64,000 nucleotides of DNA from Paraspadella gotoi (taxonomy: Eukaryota > Animalia > Chaetognatha): NCBI GenBank assembly GCA_051294375.1, contig CM119266.1:15493405-15557404 (forward strand). The letters are read 5' to 3'. Shown in pieces: positions 12,130-25,800 of the stretch. The notes below the pieces were generated by a model. It saw only the letters and a list, made by a program, of their open reading frames with translations. It did not search any database and was not told the origin of the DNA. Position numbers and translations under genes: made by a program. Position 1 is the first letter of the stretch, and each line of letters starts with the position of its first letter.

Positions 12130-12857
12130 ATTTTTTTTTTTTTAGACTACAAAAAAAAAACTTAAAAAACAATACGAATTTAAAAAAAAAGAAAGAATTG
12201 AAAAAAAAAGAAATGTTGGCGACTAATCGATGGTAAATCGGAAGGACTAGGATTTAACGGCGACGTTCAACGGCGGAAAGAGATCGACGCCTCCGATTGT
12301 TCTTTTGTTCGCCAAGTTATTGGAGCGTTTGTTATTTGAATGAGGATTGAAGGCGAAATTAACCGGAANNNNNNNNNNNNNNNNNNNNNNNNNNNNNNNN
12401 NNNNNNNNNNNNNNNNNNNNNNNNNNNNNNNNNNNNNNNNNNNNNNNNNNNNNNNNNNNNNNNNNNNNNNNNNNNNNNNNNNNNNNNNNNNNNNNNNNNN
12501 NNNNNNNNNNNNNNNNNNNNNNNNNNNNNNNNNNNNNNNNNNNNNNNNNNNNNNNNNNNNNNNNNNNNNNNNNNNNNNNNNNNNNNNNNNNNNNNNNNNN
12601 NNNNNNNNNNNNNNNNNNNNNNNNNNNNNNNNNNNNNNNNNNGGGAGAGAAAGAACGACGCAGCCCGCTGGAGCGAGAGAGAAATATTTTCAATAAAAAC
12701 CCTCACGCCTCTTGACGTACGGCATATAGCCATAAAGTGTGGACTGTGTGTGTGACAGAGGAGAGAGAGAAGAAGAGAGAGAGAGAGAGAGAGAGAAGGA
12801 GGGAGAGAGGAGAGAAGAAGAGAGAAGAGGAGAGAGAGAGAGAGAGAGGAGGAAGGA

Positions 12858-12904
<47 letters not shown>

Positions 12905-13339
12905 AGGAGAGTGAAAAAAAAACTTAAGTTTAATACTAAACAGCGGAACAGTAAAATAAAAGGCAAAAGAAAACCGGAAGAATTTCCGCTGAGCTGTTGG
13001 TTCACGTTTACTTCATTTCTTTTCCTTCCGGCCTCCATTTCCTTTTTCCTTTTTCCTTTTTCCTTGTCTCTCGAGGTGTAAATTGGCTCAGGTTTCTTAG
13101 GCCCGAGGAAAAAGTTGTTTTGACAAACTTTGTTGCGTCTTAACTACTAAATTTATTTCAGTTTGAGTTTTATCTTCCCTCTCTCTTCTTTGTTCTCTCT
13201 TTTTTCCCCGCCTCTCAATAATCTATATTCTTCGAATGCACGCAAGTTTTACGGAAAAAAAAAGCTAAATTCGATAACCAAAAAAAGAGGATTGCATGCG
13301 ATGACGCTTTTTGCCCTTTGGCACCTCTCTCTCTCTCCT

Positions 13340-13418
<79 letters not shown>

Positions 13419-14892
13419 TCTCTGTCTCCCCTAATCCTAGTTGCCCGCATTTTTTCCTCCTCGAATCTCCAAGTTTTGCCTCCGTCTCTCTCTCTGTCCA
13501 GTTCTGTAACCCATACGTAATCCAAAAGCGTCCCCTTTTTTTTCATGAAGCAAAAACAACAACGACTACCAAAAAAAAATACCCGGAAAACTGGATAAAA
13601 ATGTCCACCAGTTGTTCTTTTGTTCTTTTGGTGTTCCAACCTCTCGTGCCCACCGAAGACCACCGCGAGACAAATGACAACTCGATCCCTGGAACCTTTG
13701 GTTTCCTCTTCTCGATGTCGAATGGCGCCCACAAAGAAAAGAAAAAAAAGGATAGGAAATACAAAAAAAAAGAAAAGAAAAGACATAAAGAAAATAAAAA
13801 ATATAAAAGAAAAGAGAAAAAAAAAGAAGACTGAAATGCCAGGTCATATTAGGCCCGGGAACGCCGTAGATTCAAAAGGATAGGGTTAAGCAAAAGATAA
13901 TAAATTCTTATTTTCCGCTTTTATAGAAATAAATTTTGGGGTCTTTACGACGAACCAAGTTGCCCCTTTTCCCTGAACCTCATTTACATCCTCGTTTCTG
14001 TTTCTTTCCTCTCTCTCTCTATCTCATTCGGTTTCCTTGGCAACGAAGCCACCGGTTTTTCCTCCCTTTAAAATATCCCTTCCTTGGTTTCTCTCCCATT
14101 TTTCCTTGTCCGCGTAAATAATTTTTCGAACTTTATACCCAAAGAGCTGAGCGAAAAGGCCGTTCTTTTATATACTTTTTTTTAAAAAGGAATTTGTACG
14201 AATACATATTTAGGTTTTATTTGCAAGAAAAAGGCATGACGGGGAATTTCTAATAATTATTACGAGGCAATTCCACCCCCCCTAAGTTATATACAGAGTT
14301 GTACCCTCAGTTCTCTCTGCCTCCATGTCTCCACCCCCCCCCTCCGCCCGGGGCACGAGGGTGCGAGAGGAACTGATTGCCGTTTTATGCAAATGTATGG
14401 GCGAAGAGGGAGAAGAAGAGGCCGAATGTGAAGAAGGAGAAGGAGGAGGAGGAGGAAGAGAGAAAAAAAGAAAACGAAGAACAAAAAGGAGAACAAAAAC
14501 AAGACAGAGTCAAAGAAGCACGAGGAGAAACAAAAAAAAAAGTAAGAATTAAAGAACAACAATCAAAAATAAGAAGAGTTACGAACAAGAATTCTTAGAG
14601 AAATATAAAAAAGAAGGGATAATGTAGAGGAAGGAGAAAAATCGAGGAAAGTGAAGAAGAAGAATAATAAAAAGGAGGAAAAGAAAAGGAAGAAAAAAAA
14701 GAAAAGAAAGGCGGACTCTTGGTCGGGACGAGAACGCCACGCGATGTCATGGGAGAGACGAGATGAAATTCCGCCCTTCGTCTCCTCGGGGACGAAATTA
14801 ATTTCGGGCAATACGGAATTCAATGTCGTGTCGAGAAAATAATAATGCGCTTTTGAGATTAGATTCGATGATTCCTCGTTTAAAAGAGAGTA

Positions 14893-15014
<122 letters not shown>

Positions 15015-15595
15015 GTCATGTGGTGTTTGTTTAATCAATAAACTTTCTTTGCGATTAAGAGAACCAATTTTCCGTTGCGCCAGTGAACTCTTTTAAAAAA
15101 ATCCCTTAGTTCGATGCCATCGAATCGGCCATTTCGTATTCAGGCCTCGTTCCTCGACTATTCGTGATCACATCATCTTCGAGTCTTCGTTGTCGTCGTC
15201 ATTGTCGTCGTCGTCATCGTCATCGTCATCGTCATCGTAGTCTTGCTCTTTCCTTAAAAACCGATGTTAGATGTTTTGTCCATGCTAATTGATGAGACAG
15301 GGGTAATAGAAAATCTTGGCATAAAGCGAAATAAAAGTATCAAATGTTTTATTTACTTTAAAAAATTTTCCAACATAGATACAAATGGATGTGTGCGAAC
15401 TGTCGCTACAGTTTTTTTTTTCTTTTTTCTCTTCACTCAGGAAGGCCCAGAAGCACGAATGCAGTCAGTCGTCTATACAGTTTTAACTCCTGTTTTGTGT
15501 AACACACCCTTGCCGCTGGAGTTGTTGCTTTGTTTTCGTCATTACGTTTTGTTATTCTACGAAGAACTTTCGCGGGTGAAGATAAAGAAAGAAAG

Positions 15596-15667
<72 letters not shown>

Positions 15668-16045
15668 AAGAGAGAGAGAAAGAGAGAAAATGAGAGGCGT
15701 GGCAAATTCATCCCGCCATCCCGATATGTAAATGAGATTTTTGTGGCGCGGAAAATAGTGGAGAAAAAACCGGCATAAAAAATATTGAAAAGATGGAAAG
15801 AGGGGAAGGCGAGATGAAGTAGCTGCTGGAGGAGGAGGGGAGGAAGATGGGGAGGAGGAGGAGGAGCAGATGGAAGCGGGTATTTCAGCGAGGGAGAGAT
15901 TAGCGGATCTCAGACAAGTAGTAACATTGAAAAGAGTTTTTGATTGGCGGGAAATGGAACGGGGATTGTGAGTAAGGGTGCGCGTAAATGGTTTTATCCT
16001 CGGTAGTTTTTTTGGTTTCTATCGTCGACGCATTCGTCGTCTCTT

Positions 16046-16088
<43 letters not shown>

Positions 16089-16461
16089 TGTCGGGAGGGA
16101 TTGTCTGCGAATTTCGATCGAAATCCTCGTTTAATGAGGCGACGATGAGCAGAGCCGATTGGATGAATTCGTGGAAAAAACTAAATCAATGGAATTTGTG
16201 AAATCCAGGAAATCAAAATAAAACTGAGTGAAAACTCATTTCAATTCGTAAATAAATGATTGGTCCGAATTAATTAATTTTATTCAGTAAGCATTGCATA
16301 GTATGAAACTAATGGAATCGAATGGAATTCAATTCCAATGTTTCTATTTTCATTTCGTTTTGACAAACGATTCTTCCCCTCTACACTCGTTTCTTTATCG
16401 ACTAATTTTTGTATAGAGACTGTAATTAACGCCCTTGGTGAAGCTGCTTATCAGCTCTATA

Positions 16462-16500
<39 letters not shown>

Positions 16501-17199
16501 CATCACACGTCCTTCACTTTATCTGCCCCCCGAGACGCTGTCCGCCTCGTCTTAGCGCCTGTGAGATGCTTAGGAAAACCGTTTTAACTCCTCCGAAACT
16601 AATTGAATCATCAGCGGATTTTTTTTTTTAATTTACTTTTTTTTTCTAGGGTTCTTTCTTTTTGTTAATTTAGTTCTTTTTTAAAATTTAGTTCCCCTTT
16701 TTTAAACTTTTTTTCTTTCTCACTTTCTGGCTTTGCGATTAAATCCCTTTTTATCGCTGCGAGATGAAGGATAAAATCGCCCCTTTTTTTTCGGGCGCTC
16801 TATAAAATAAATCGCAAGTGATTAAATTTAGGAATTAGATTTGGATCAATCGATGTTATTTACAGCGGCGATTTCGAGAAGAAAAAAAATTGACTAGAAA
16901 ATTTACTAGAGAAAAAAAAATGTAAAGGATTTTTGTCGGAAAAAAATTGAGTTTTTTTTAAAAAAAAATAGAGATCTGATTTTTTTTGAAGGCTCGTGCC
17001 AAAGCGATTAAAAGAGGAAGAGCAAGACTCGAAACTCATTTGAGAACATGAGTCGGGATTCGGCCATGACACGACCCAACCAAACAAGATCTCTCGTGAC
17101 TTGACATTCGGGATTCTCACCTCCGTTTTGAAATTCATTTTTAGTACCAAGAATTAGTTACTAGTGAGACGTTAATAAACTTCTTTATTCTTCCTACAG

Positions 17200-18020
17200 A
17201 CATAGATCTGCAGCAAGTACAAATCGACGTGACCGACGTAAACGACGAGGTGCCGGTCTTCGTTAACGAACCCAAGCCCTTCCAAGCAGGTCCCTCGCTC
17301 ATTTTCGAGATAGTCGATGTATGAAATGTATGATTTATTAAATTTTTCGCAAAGTAACAGAGTTTTCATTGAGGTTCGACAACGATTAATATTATTATCG
17401 GACATGTTTCGGTTCTAATACGAACCTTCGTCAACGCAAATTTTACAGTTGACTGCCCGATATTAATATTCATCGTTGTTGAATCCCAATACTTTGCAAA
17501 CAATTATCAAAACGCAACGAAACGAAAGGAAATACTACAATCATGCCAAATCAAAAATTATCAAATAAACTTCAAACTACTATATAAATATTTTCATTTC
17601 GTTTCGCCATTATAGACGTTAAATCCGTATTTCTATGTATACAATATATTACCTAAATGTACTACTATCTAAAATTCGACTTTTTCAGTTGTTTCACCCA
17701 CCGCCGATGCCGGGACGGAAGTTTTCCGCCTGGTCGCTACAGACCCCGATACCAAATCCCAAATACGATACCGGCTTGATGTGGGTAAGTAACTTTTGAT
17801 GGTTGAATGTTTGATTTTAAAACGTTGACAAAGTTTGGTTAATAAAAAAATATAAATATAGGCCAAAAAGTCTTTTTTGACATTAAAAAACGATCCTTTT
17901 CCCCCCAATTTCAACTCCTCAGGTGACCCAGATGGTCGATTCTTCGTCGACCAAATCACTGGATCAGTTATGACCCAAAAATCGGACCCGTTTCCTGTCG
18001 GCAAGGAATACATTCTCAGA
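17200..18020 (+). CDS. Cadherin exons 1-3 of this window (17200-17289, 17689-17784, 17923-18020)
   Basis: IDLQQVQIDVTDVNDEVPVFVNEPKPFQA / VSPTADAGTEVFRLVATDPDTKSQIRYRLDV / DPDGRFFVDQITGSVMTQKSDPFPVGKEYILR. Confidence 0.88.
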
Positions 18021-18771
18021 GTGAGTTTTTCCGTCGCCGAGTGAAGAGAGAGAGAGATTTGTGTTTTGTTTTTTCCCGCGACTCAACGACACGGCAGGGG
18101 GCAGCAGGATTCTCTTTCAACTTTTGTTTTCTTCTTTTTTTTTTCAAATGGAGGCAAACATTTTTTCCCCCCGAAACAACTTTGCGAATAAACAAAATGG
18201 CGGGTCGCAATTTTTCGCGATGTCCGACCTTAGATGTCCCCTTAACTAAGACGAATGACTTTTGCGCGGGTGAGGTTTCGAACCTCGCCTGCTCATTGAA
18301 CTCATCCTTTTAGTCCCACCCGCCGAACCACCAAACCACCCGACCACCCAACTACCTCGAGAAAAAAATAGAAATCCCTTGACAATTTTCTCCTTTGTTG
18401 CCTCATTGTCTCCTTTTGTGTTTCACGTTTCTGGTCTCATCATTTATATCCGTTAAATCTTTTTTACTCGGTGTAAATTTGATAAAGAATTTTTTTTTNN
18501 NNNNNNNNAAATTTGATAAAGAATTTTTTTTTTCTATTAATGTACGTATTTTATCTCTGTCTATCCGTCTGTCTCGTCGTTTCTTTTTTTTTATATCTTT
18601 CTGTCTATCCGGCTGATTCTCTTCGTATCGTTGGCGTAAAGGTTACGCTCCGGTCTCTTAAATCGCCTGGATATGATCTTTCTTTTATCAATCATAAGTC
18701 ACGCCCTCTCTTCTCTGTATTTTTTTTTCGATCTCTGCGCGACAATAAATCTTCATTCGTATTTGTAGGAA

Positions 18772-18868
<97 letters not shown>

Positions 18869-18962
18869 CACACATGACCCCTCTTCCCCAGGCGGCGACT
18901 TATTGGAAATGAATTTATTATTCTATAAATACTCGTGCGCGAAAAGATCGACGATTTCGCTT

Positions 18963-19000
<38 letters not shown>

Positions 19001-22000
19001 TTTTGTAGATTCCCTTTTTCTCAAATCCCCAGACACATATTTTTAGAGGAGAACATTCATAGTTTACGATCCTTTCCGTTTAATCCCATCTGCTTTGCGT
19101 CAATTAGCTTTATTCTCACAAAATGACGCAACCAATTCGTAGGTCGGGTTAGAAAATATACCGAGGACATTGATGTCTTGCCACGTGTTTTTCGATAATA
19201 CTCGTAAAGGGACTTCATACTACAACATCCACCACCCCATTCAAAACCCCTCCCGCCACCCTCCAAGGTTTCCGCCGAAGACGTGAACGCCCCCGGGGGC
19301 GGAACCTCGCAGCGAACCAAAACGGAGACGCTCTCCATCAAAGTCGGCGATCGGCCGCCGCAGTTCTTCAGGGACAAGTACAGAGTCCACGTCCCGGAGA
19401 GCGCCGCTCCTAATTTCAAGTACCTTTTATTTCCTTTTTTTTTCGGGGGGAGAAAGGAAAAAAAGGAATGGAGAATTGGAAGGAAGGAAAAGAAAGAGGG
19501 TGAATATAGATTTGATTGGTAGAGGGAGAATGTGAAATGATGTTTTAATCTCTATACTAAAACAACTCAGAATTTCTTACGAATAAACTAGTTTTGAGAA
19601 CTCAAATGATTTGAACAACGACGACGAATACAACGACGAAGACGACGACGAAGTCTTTATACTTTGCGACCCGTAGAGTAATGATTTCGCCGGTTCGAAG
19701 ACAGGGGCACGATACTTATTGATACTAGCTTTTTCATTTTATATATACCTATAGACTGTTCTAACTTAATAACATAAAAACAACAACGCCAAAAAGCAAC
19801 ACCAGAATTGAAATTTTGAAAACAGCCGAAAATTAATATCAAGAACGCTTTTACCATCTAATAATCCCAGGCAACTTTTAAATGGCCTAATAAAAATATT
19901 GACCCTTGCCTCTTTCTACCTTCCCCACCCCAAACTGCTCCCTCAACCCCGCCCCCCTGCCTCGCTAGCGTCGTAACGGTGAAGGCCAAGTCTTTCTTTT
20001 CTCGCCCCATCGTCTACGAACTCGCTTCCGACGGGTCCAGGCAGTCCGATATTTTTGACATCAACGATCCCGCATCGGGCGAGGTCGTCCTTCTCAAGTC
20101 CCTTGACTACGAAGACAGGTGCGGAAAAAAAAAAANNNNNNNNNNNNNNNNNNNNNNNNNCAAACTTTTTAACATATGTCACGTGTCAATTTCGTTTTTC
20201 AGTTTTGCAGTGGACTTTTTGTTTTGAATAGAACTTCATTTAACATATTAGTGTTTTTTTTTTTAAAAACCTTGTGGGAAACAATAAATTATTATGTTAT
20301 GTCGTATGATTACGTATAGCTGATATATTTATCTACTTTTAAATTTAAACGGAGCAGACAGACCAAACACCAAAATTGACACAAACTGCTTGCCAATTAC
20401 GGTCGTTTTTCACCTCGTTATCTGCCATGCCAGAACCACGGCTACCTTCAATCTGATAGTGACGGCGAGACGAGAACGTGGATCGGGAGGTCCTTTAGCT
20501 GAGACCAGCGATCGCTTACGTGACAAGTTCAGGTCCTAAGACGTCTACGGACAAACGTCTCCCCCCTTTCTCTCATCCAGAATACGTGAAGCCTGACGGT
20601 TCCAGAAGACGTCAAAGTCGGAACACTCATCATAAAAGTGAGCTGAATTGGTCGATGCAATAAGATGATTTTCATCTCACTTTATTAAAAACTTTTTTTC
20701 CTTTTTAAATTATATTTGTGAATATATACTTCCGGTAATTTTTTGTTTAGAATTGGTTTTTATAAACTTGTAAGAGAAATACGGTTTTAGTCATAAAAGC
20801 GGGCAACCTACAACCGTATTTAGTTCCGATTTACGGTTTAAAAGAATGTTTTTTCTTTGTGAATAGGTGACAGCAACAGACACTCGACGACGGAGAAGAA
20901 AGTGAATAGTCTATCAATTGGACAACGATTTTTCTCCATTCTGCACCTACTGAGAGAGAAGATCCCGCTAGTAAGTTCAGTAAAATAAACTTGAAGCAAA
21001 AAAAAGTGTAAACGGAACTATTTAATCAACAGAAAAAAAACTATAATTCTCTTTTAAGTTCAAATTTTTTTTTACAAAAATATCATTATCACAAAAACCC
21101 TTCAAAACGCGTAGGGACTTCATGATATGCAGCGAGAAAGTTTTCAATTCTACTCACCCGACACTAAACTACGCAATCTCCATATTTAGCGTTTTAAACA
21201 TTTGCCGATTTCGCTTGAAAATGTAGATTTTTCACGTGAATTTTGGAGAAATTCTGTACTGAAATGTTAATTCGATTTCGCGCCGTCAGAAAATTCTTGC
21301 GCGACCTCCGCCTGCCTCGCCCAACGCCACGCCACCGCCACCGCCCACCGCCACGCCGCCACCGGCCCCACCCCCACCAACCGCCGCTGCCCGAATTGTT
21401 CTCGATTGTCAAAACTGTCGGGAGTTTTCTCGAGGTCGAGCAACACAACAAGGTCAATAATAGCAAATAGGCATCGATGTTTGACAACTCTCTGAAGAGC
21501 GGTTGGAAGTAGTTATGTGAAAAACCCGGGTGACTACCCACACCACAAAAGGAAAAGAAAAGACTGACCCAAGAAAGATGAAGAGAGATATGAAAACAAA
21601 TTGACAAAACTTGCTTGCAATTCACGTCGTTTTTCCACCTCGTTATTCCATCCAGGAACCACCGCTCCTTCAATCTGATAGTGACGGCGAGAGAGAACGT
21701 GATCGGGGGCCTGTCCAGCACGGTCGACGTGCAAGTTCAGGTCCAAGACGTCAACGACAACGTCCCCACTTTCTCTCTGCCAGAATACGTGAAGCCTGAC
21801 GTTCCAGAAGACGTCAAAGTCGGAACACTCATCATAAAAGTGAGCTGATTGGTCGATGCAATAAATGAATTTTCATCTCATTTAATTAAAAACTTTTTTT
21901 CCTTTTAAATATATTTGTGAATATATACTTCCGGTAATTTTTTGTTAAATTGGTTTTATAAACCTTGTAAGAGAAATACGGTTAAGTCATAAAAGCGGGC

Positions 22001-22796
22001 AACCTAAACGTATTAGTTCCCGATTACGTTTAAAAGTTTTTTTTCTTTGTGAATAGGTGACAGCAACAGACACTGACAGCGGAGAGAACAGTGAAATAGT
22101 CTATCAATTGGACAACGATTTTTTCTCCATTCTGCCCTCTGGAGAGATAAGATCCGCTAAGTAAGTTCAGTAATAAACTTGAAAAGAAAAAAGTTGTAAA
22201 CGGAACTATTAATCAACCAGAAAAAAAAACTAAATTCTCCTTTTAAAAGTTCAAATTTTTTTTACAAAAATATAAATTATCACAAAAACCCTTCAAAACG
22301 CGTGGGCTTATGATATGAGGAGAAAGTTTTCAATTTCTATCACCCACACTAAACTTACGCAATCTCCATATTTAGCGTTTAAACATTGCGATTTGCTTGA
22401 AAATTAGATTTTTCACGCTGATTTTGAGAAATTCTGAGAAATGTTAATTCGATTCGCGCCGTCAGAAAATTCTTGCGCCGCCTCCGCCTGCCTCGCCCAC
22501 GCCACCGCCACCGCCANNNNNNNNNNNNNNNNNNNNNNNNNCACCGCCACCAGCCACCGCGGCCGCCACGCCCCACCCACCACCGCCGCTGCCGAATTGC
22601 TTCTCGATTGTCAAAACTGTCGGGAGTTTTCTCAGAGGTCCGAGCAACACAACAAGGTCAATAATAGCAAATAGGCATCGATGTTTGACAACTCTCTGAA
22701 GAGCGGTTGGAAGTAGTTATGTGAAAAACCCGGGTGACTACCCACACCACAAAAGGAAAAGAAAAGACTGACCCAAGAAAGATGAAGAGAGATATG

Positions 22797-22833
<37 letters not shown>

Positions 22834-25800
22834 GTCCAGCAAAAAGGAGCAACAACGGAAGAAGAAAACTCATTCTTCGGGAGATGATGTTTTCCAGTCG
22901 CCAAAAATAGACCAAAAAATGAGGCTTGTTCAAATAGATTAACTATTTGCTCATTGACTTGGCGACTCATAATTGCTTGGTTTTATACTTGGATATGATT
23001 TTACTGTTAATATATTCTTATTAAGGAATTGTAGAGCATTTAAATCTTTTCCATAATATTGGTTGTACGTAAAAATTGTGAAGAAAAATCCTCTTTAAAC
23101 CGACACCAATCACCGACTCAACCAAGTCTTCACTCCTATCTTTTTTAATTTATCACAAATCACAATAATTTCCCTCGACTTTAACTCTCCTCCTTTTCCT
23201 CCTTTCACTATCCTCCTTTTTCAGACGCCTCGACTACGAGTTAAACCAGGATCACATGTACCGGTTCACGGTGACGGCTCGGGACCGAGGCCATCCCTCC
23301 CACACCGGGACCGCGCTCGTCAGGGTCTCCATGAAGAACAGGAACGACGAAGCCCCCGTCTTCAACCAACTCGTGAGTTAGGATTGCGTGAAACTGCTTG
23401 ATTGGTTTTGAAAATAACATCAATAATCATATTATGTCGTTATGTCATTATGTTATTATCTTGTAAGAGTGATAGAGGCCTTAAACCACCAAAGCCTGTC
23501 CAAAGTCAGGGGCAAGATAGCTTATTTATTAAATAAACGGGTAATTTTTATATTGGTTGTACCAATTTCATTAATGGCTTCGATAAAGTTCAGGATTTTT
23601 CATATTAGATGATATTTCATGGAATGAGACGAAGTAAATGAGTTCTTCGACATAGAATGACTGAAAATCATTAAGAAGGCGACGCACTATAACTTAAAAA
23701 GTAGGTCCCTTCCTTTGTGAATGTTGGAAAAGAAAGAAAGAAAGANNNNNNNNNNNNNNNNNNNNNNNNNNNNNNNNNNNNNNNNNNNNNNNNNNNNNNN
23801 NNNNNNNNNNNNNNNNNNNNNNNNNNNNNNNNNNNNNNNNNNNNNNNNNNNNNNNNNNNNNNNNNNNNNNNNNNNNNNNNNNNNNNNNNNNNNNNNNNNN
23901 NNNNNNNNNNNNNNNNNNNNNNNNNNNNNNNNNNNNNNNNNNNNNNNNNNNNNNNNNNNNNNNNNNNNNNNNNNNNNNNNNNNNNNNNNNNAAGAAAAAA
24001 AGAAAGAAAGAAAGAATGAATCAGTGAATAAATATGCAGCGAAAAAAGAAAAAGAGAGAGAATAAGGCAGCGTCATGTGGCCAGTCTCGACCAATTGAAC
24101 TAATAAGTTCGAATGACGTTCTAGGGAAATTCAGATATCGAATGAGTGCGAGAATGGAGGGAAAACATNNNNNNNNNNNNNNNNNNNNNNNNNNNNNNNN
24201 NNNNNNNNNNNNNNNNNNNNNNNNNNNNNNNNNNNNNNNNNNNNNNNNNNNNNNNNNNNNNNNNNNNNNNNNNNNNNNNNNNNNNNNNNNNNNNNNNNNN
24301 NNNNNNNNNNNNNNNNNNNNNNNNNNNNNNNNNNNNNNNNNNNNNNNNNNNNGAGAGAGAGACAGAAAAGGAATGAGCACTGAGAAAAAACCCAAGGCGG
24401 TTCCATGTCGGCCGGTTCGGGAGAATTCCATTTGGGATCCATGATTGATGGCGAGGCAGAAGGCGATGGAAAAGGAATTTGGAGTCAAACCTAGTTTTAG
24501 TTGTTGCAAAGGGTGCAACTGCATTCTTGAGTAAATGCGAAGAGTACTGAATCTAGGGCATTCTTCCTGGGTTGCTAAAAGCGCGATAGGGAAAGCGAGC
24601 CTTTTTCCCGACGTGGTCGTCTTCATAAAGTAATCCAAGAAAGTCCATACCCTTTTGGCTTACAATCACGTCGGGAGGTTTAATCTACTATCTAGGAAAA
24701 AAGTATATCACATTTTCAGTAGAGAATATCTACTCATAAACTTGTTTGATTTAAAAAAAATTATATTGAATTTCCTTTCAGTATCTTTGTTCATTTTTTA
24801 TTCGTAGGTCAAATCATTTAGAAGTTACAGACAAAAAAGATCGCTACTTCAAATTGAAAATAGTGAAAAAAATCATATTTAGTATTTCATCATTTTTTAG
24901 TATTTAGTTATTTGATTTTATTTCAAATACAGTTTATTATTTTTTTAATTTTTTTTAATTTGGCAATGCTAAAATCATTGCACCTTTTTTAGTTCAAAAA
25001 AGTATTATTATAACTCTCAGAAAAGAAGGAAATATGCGCAATATGAACATCAAGGCTGAAAATAATTGAGTTAAAGGTTTAAAAAAAATTTCACTGTTAT
25101 ACCTTAATTCGCTGTACAAGAGCATGCCTAAACAAATGCAGGCAGTAATCGATACAAAAAAAGGGCATACCAAATATTGTAAATATTTTACCCATATTTT
25201 ATATATTTTTTATTAAATAAATACACTTTTCAACAATTTTGTGATATACTTTTTTCCTAGATAGTATTACAACTGCTTGTCTTATTAGCGTACTAGCTGA
25301 TGGTGAGAGAGGCAGGCCTTAAAACCGTTTTCTAATTTTCTCTTTCCACGAAAAACTCGTTTGTCTTCTTAGATTTTTTTTTTCTTTACTTTGACGTCAA
25401 ATTGACTAAGTGACTTTCTGGATTGATTGATGGTTTTTCGTTGCTCCGTTGACTTCGTCCTTCGAGTTCTCACTGATTTTCTCGAGTCGAGTGGATCAAT
25501 CGTTTAAGTAATATCGAGGATTTCGATTAAATTGAAATTGTTACCTGATTGAGCGACCAGATTTGGATTCATTACTTTCATTTTCTAAAAACTAAGCTTT
25601 TCTTTTTTTCTTTTTTTTAATTATTCTCCTTTATAAAATTGATTGTTCAATAACTTACCTGATAACTTGCCTTTATGAAATATATAATTTTTGGTCAATT
25701 TAGTCAATAAAAATTAATTATTTAATTTAATTATTTAATTATTTAATTATTAGTCGAAATACTTTGGCGTCATTTTTCTGAGGGGTTTTGTCGATTGATT

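Noticed and set aside
20360-21595. Mutually exclusive duplicated cadherin exons as in arthropod CadN
   Set aside because: The duplicate includes introns, is riddled with 1-nt indels breaking the frame and sits between 25-N gaps, the pattern expected from over-filled long-read gap closing.
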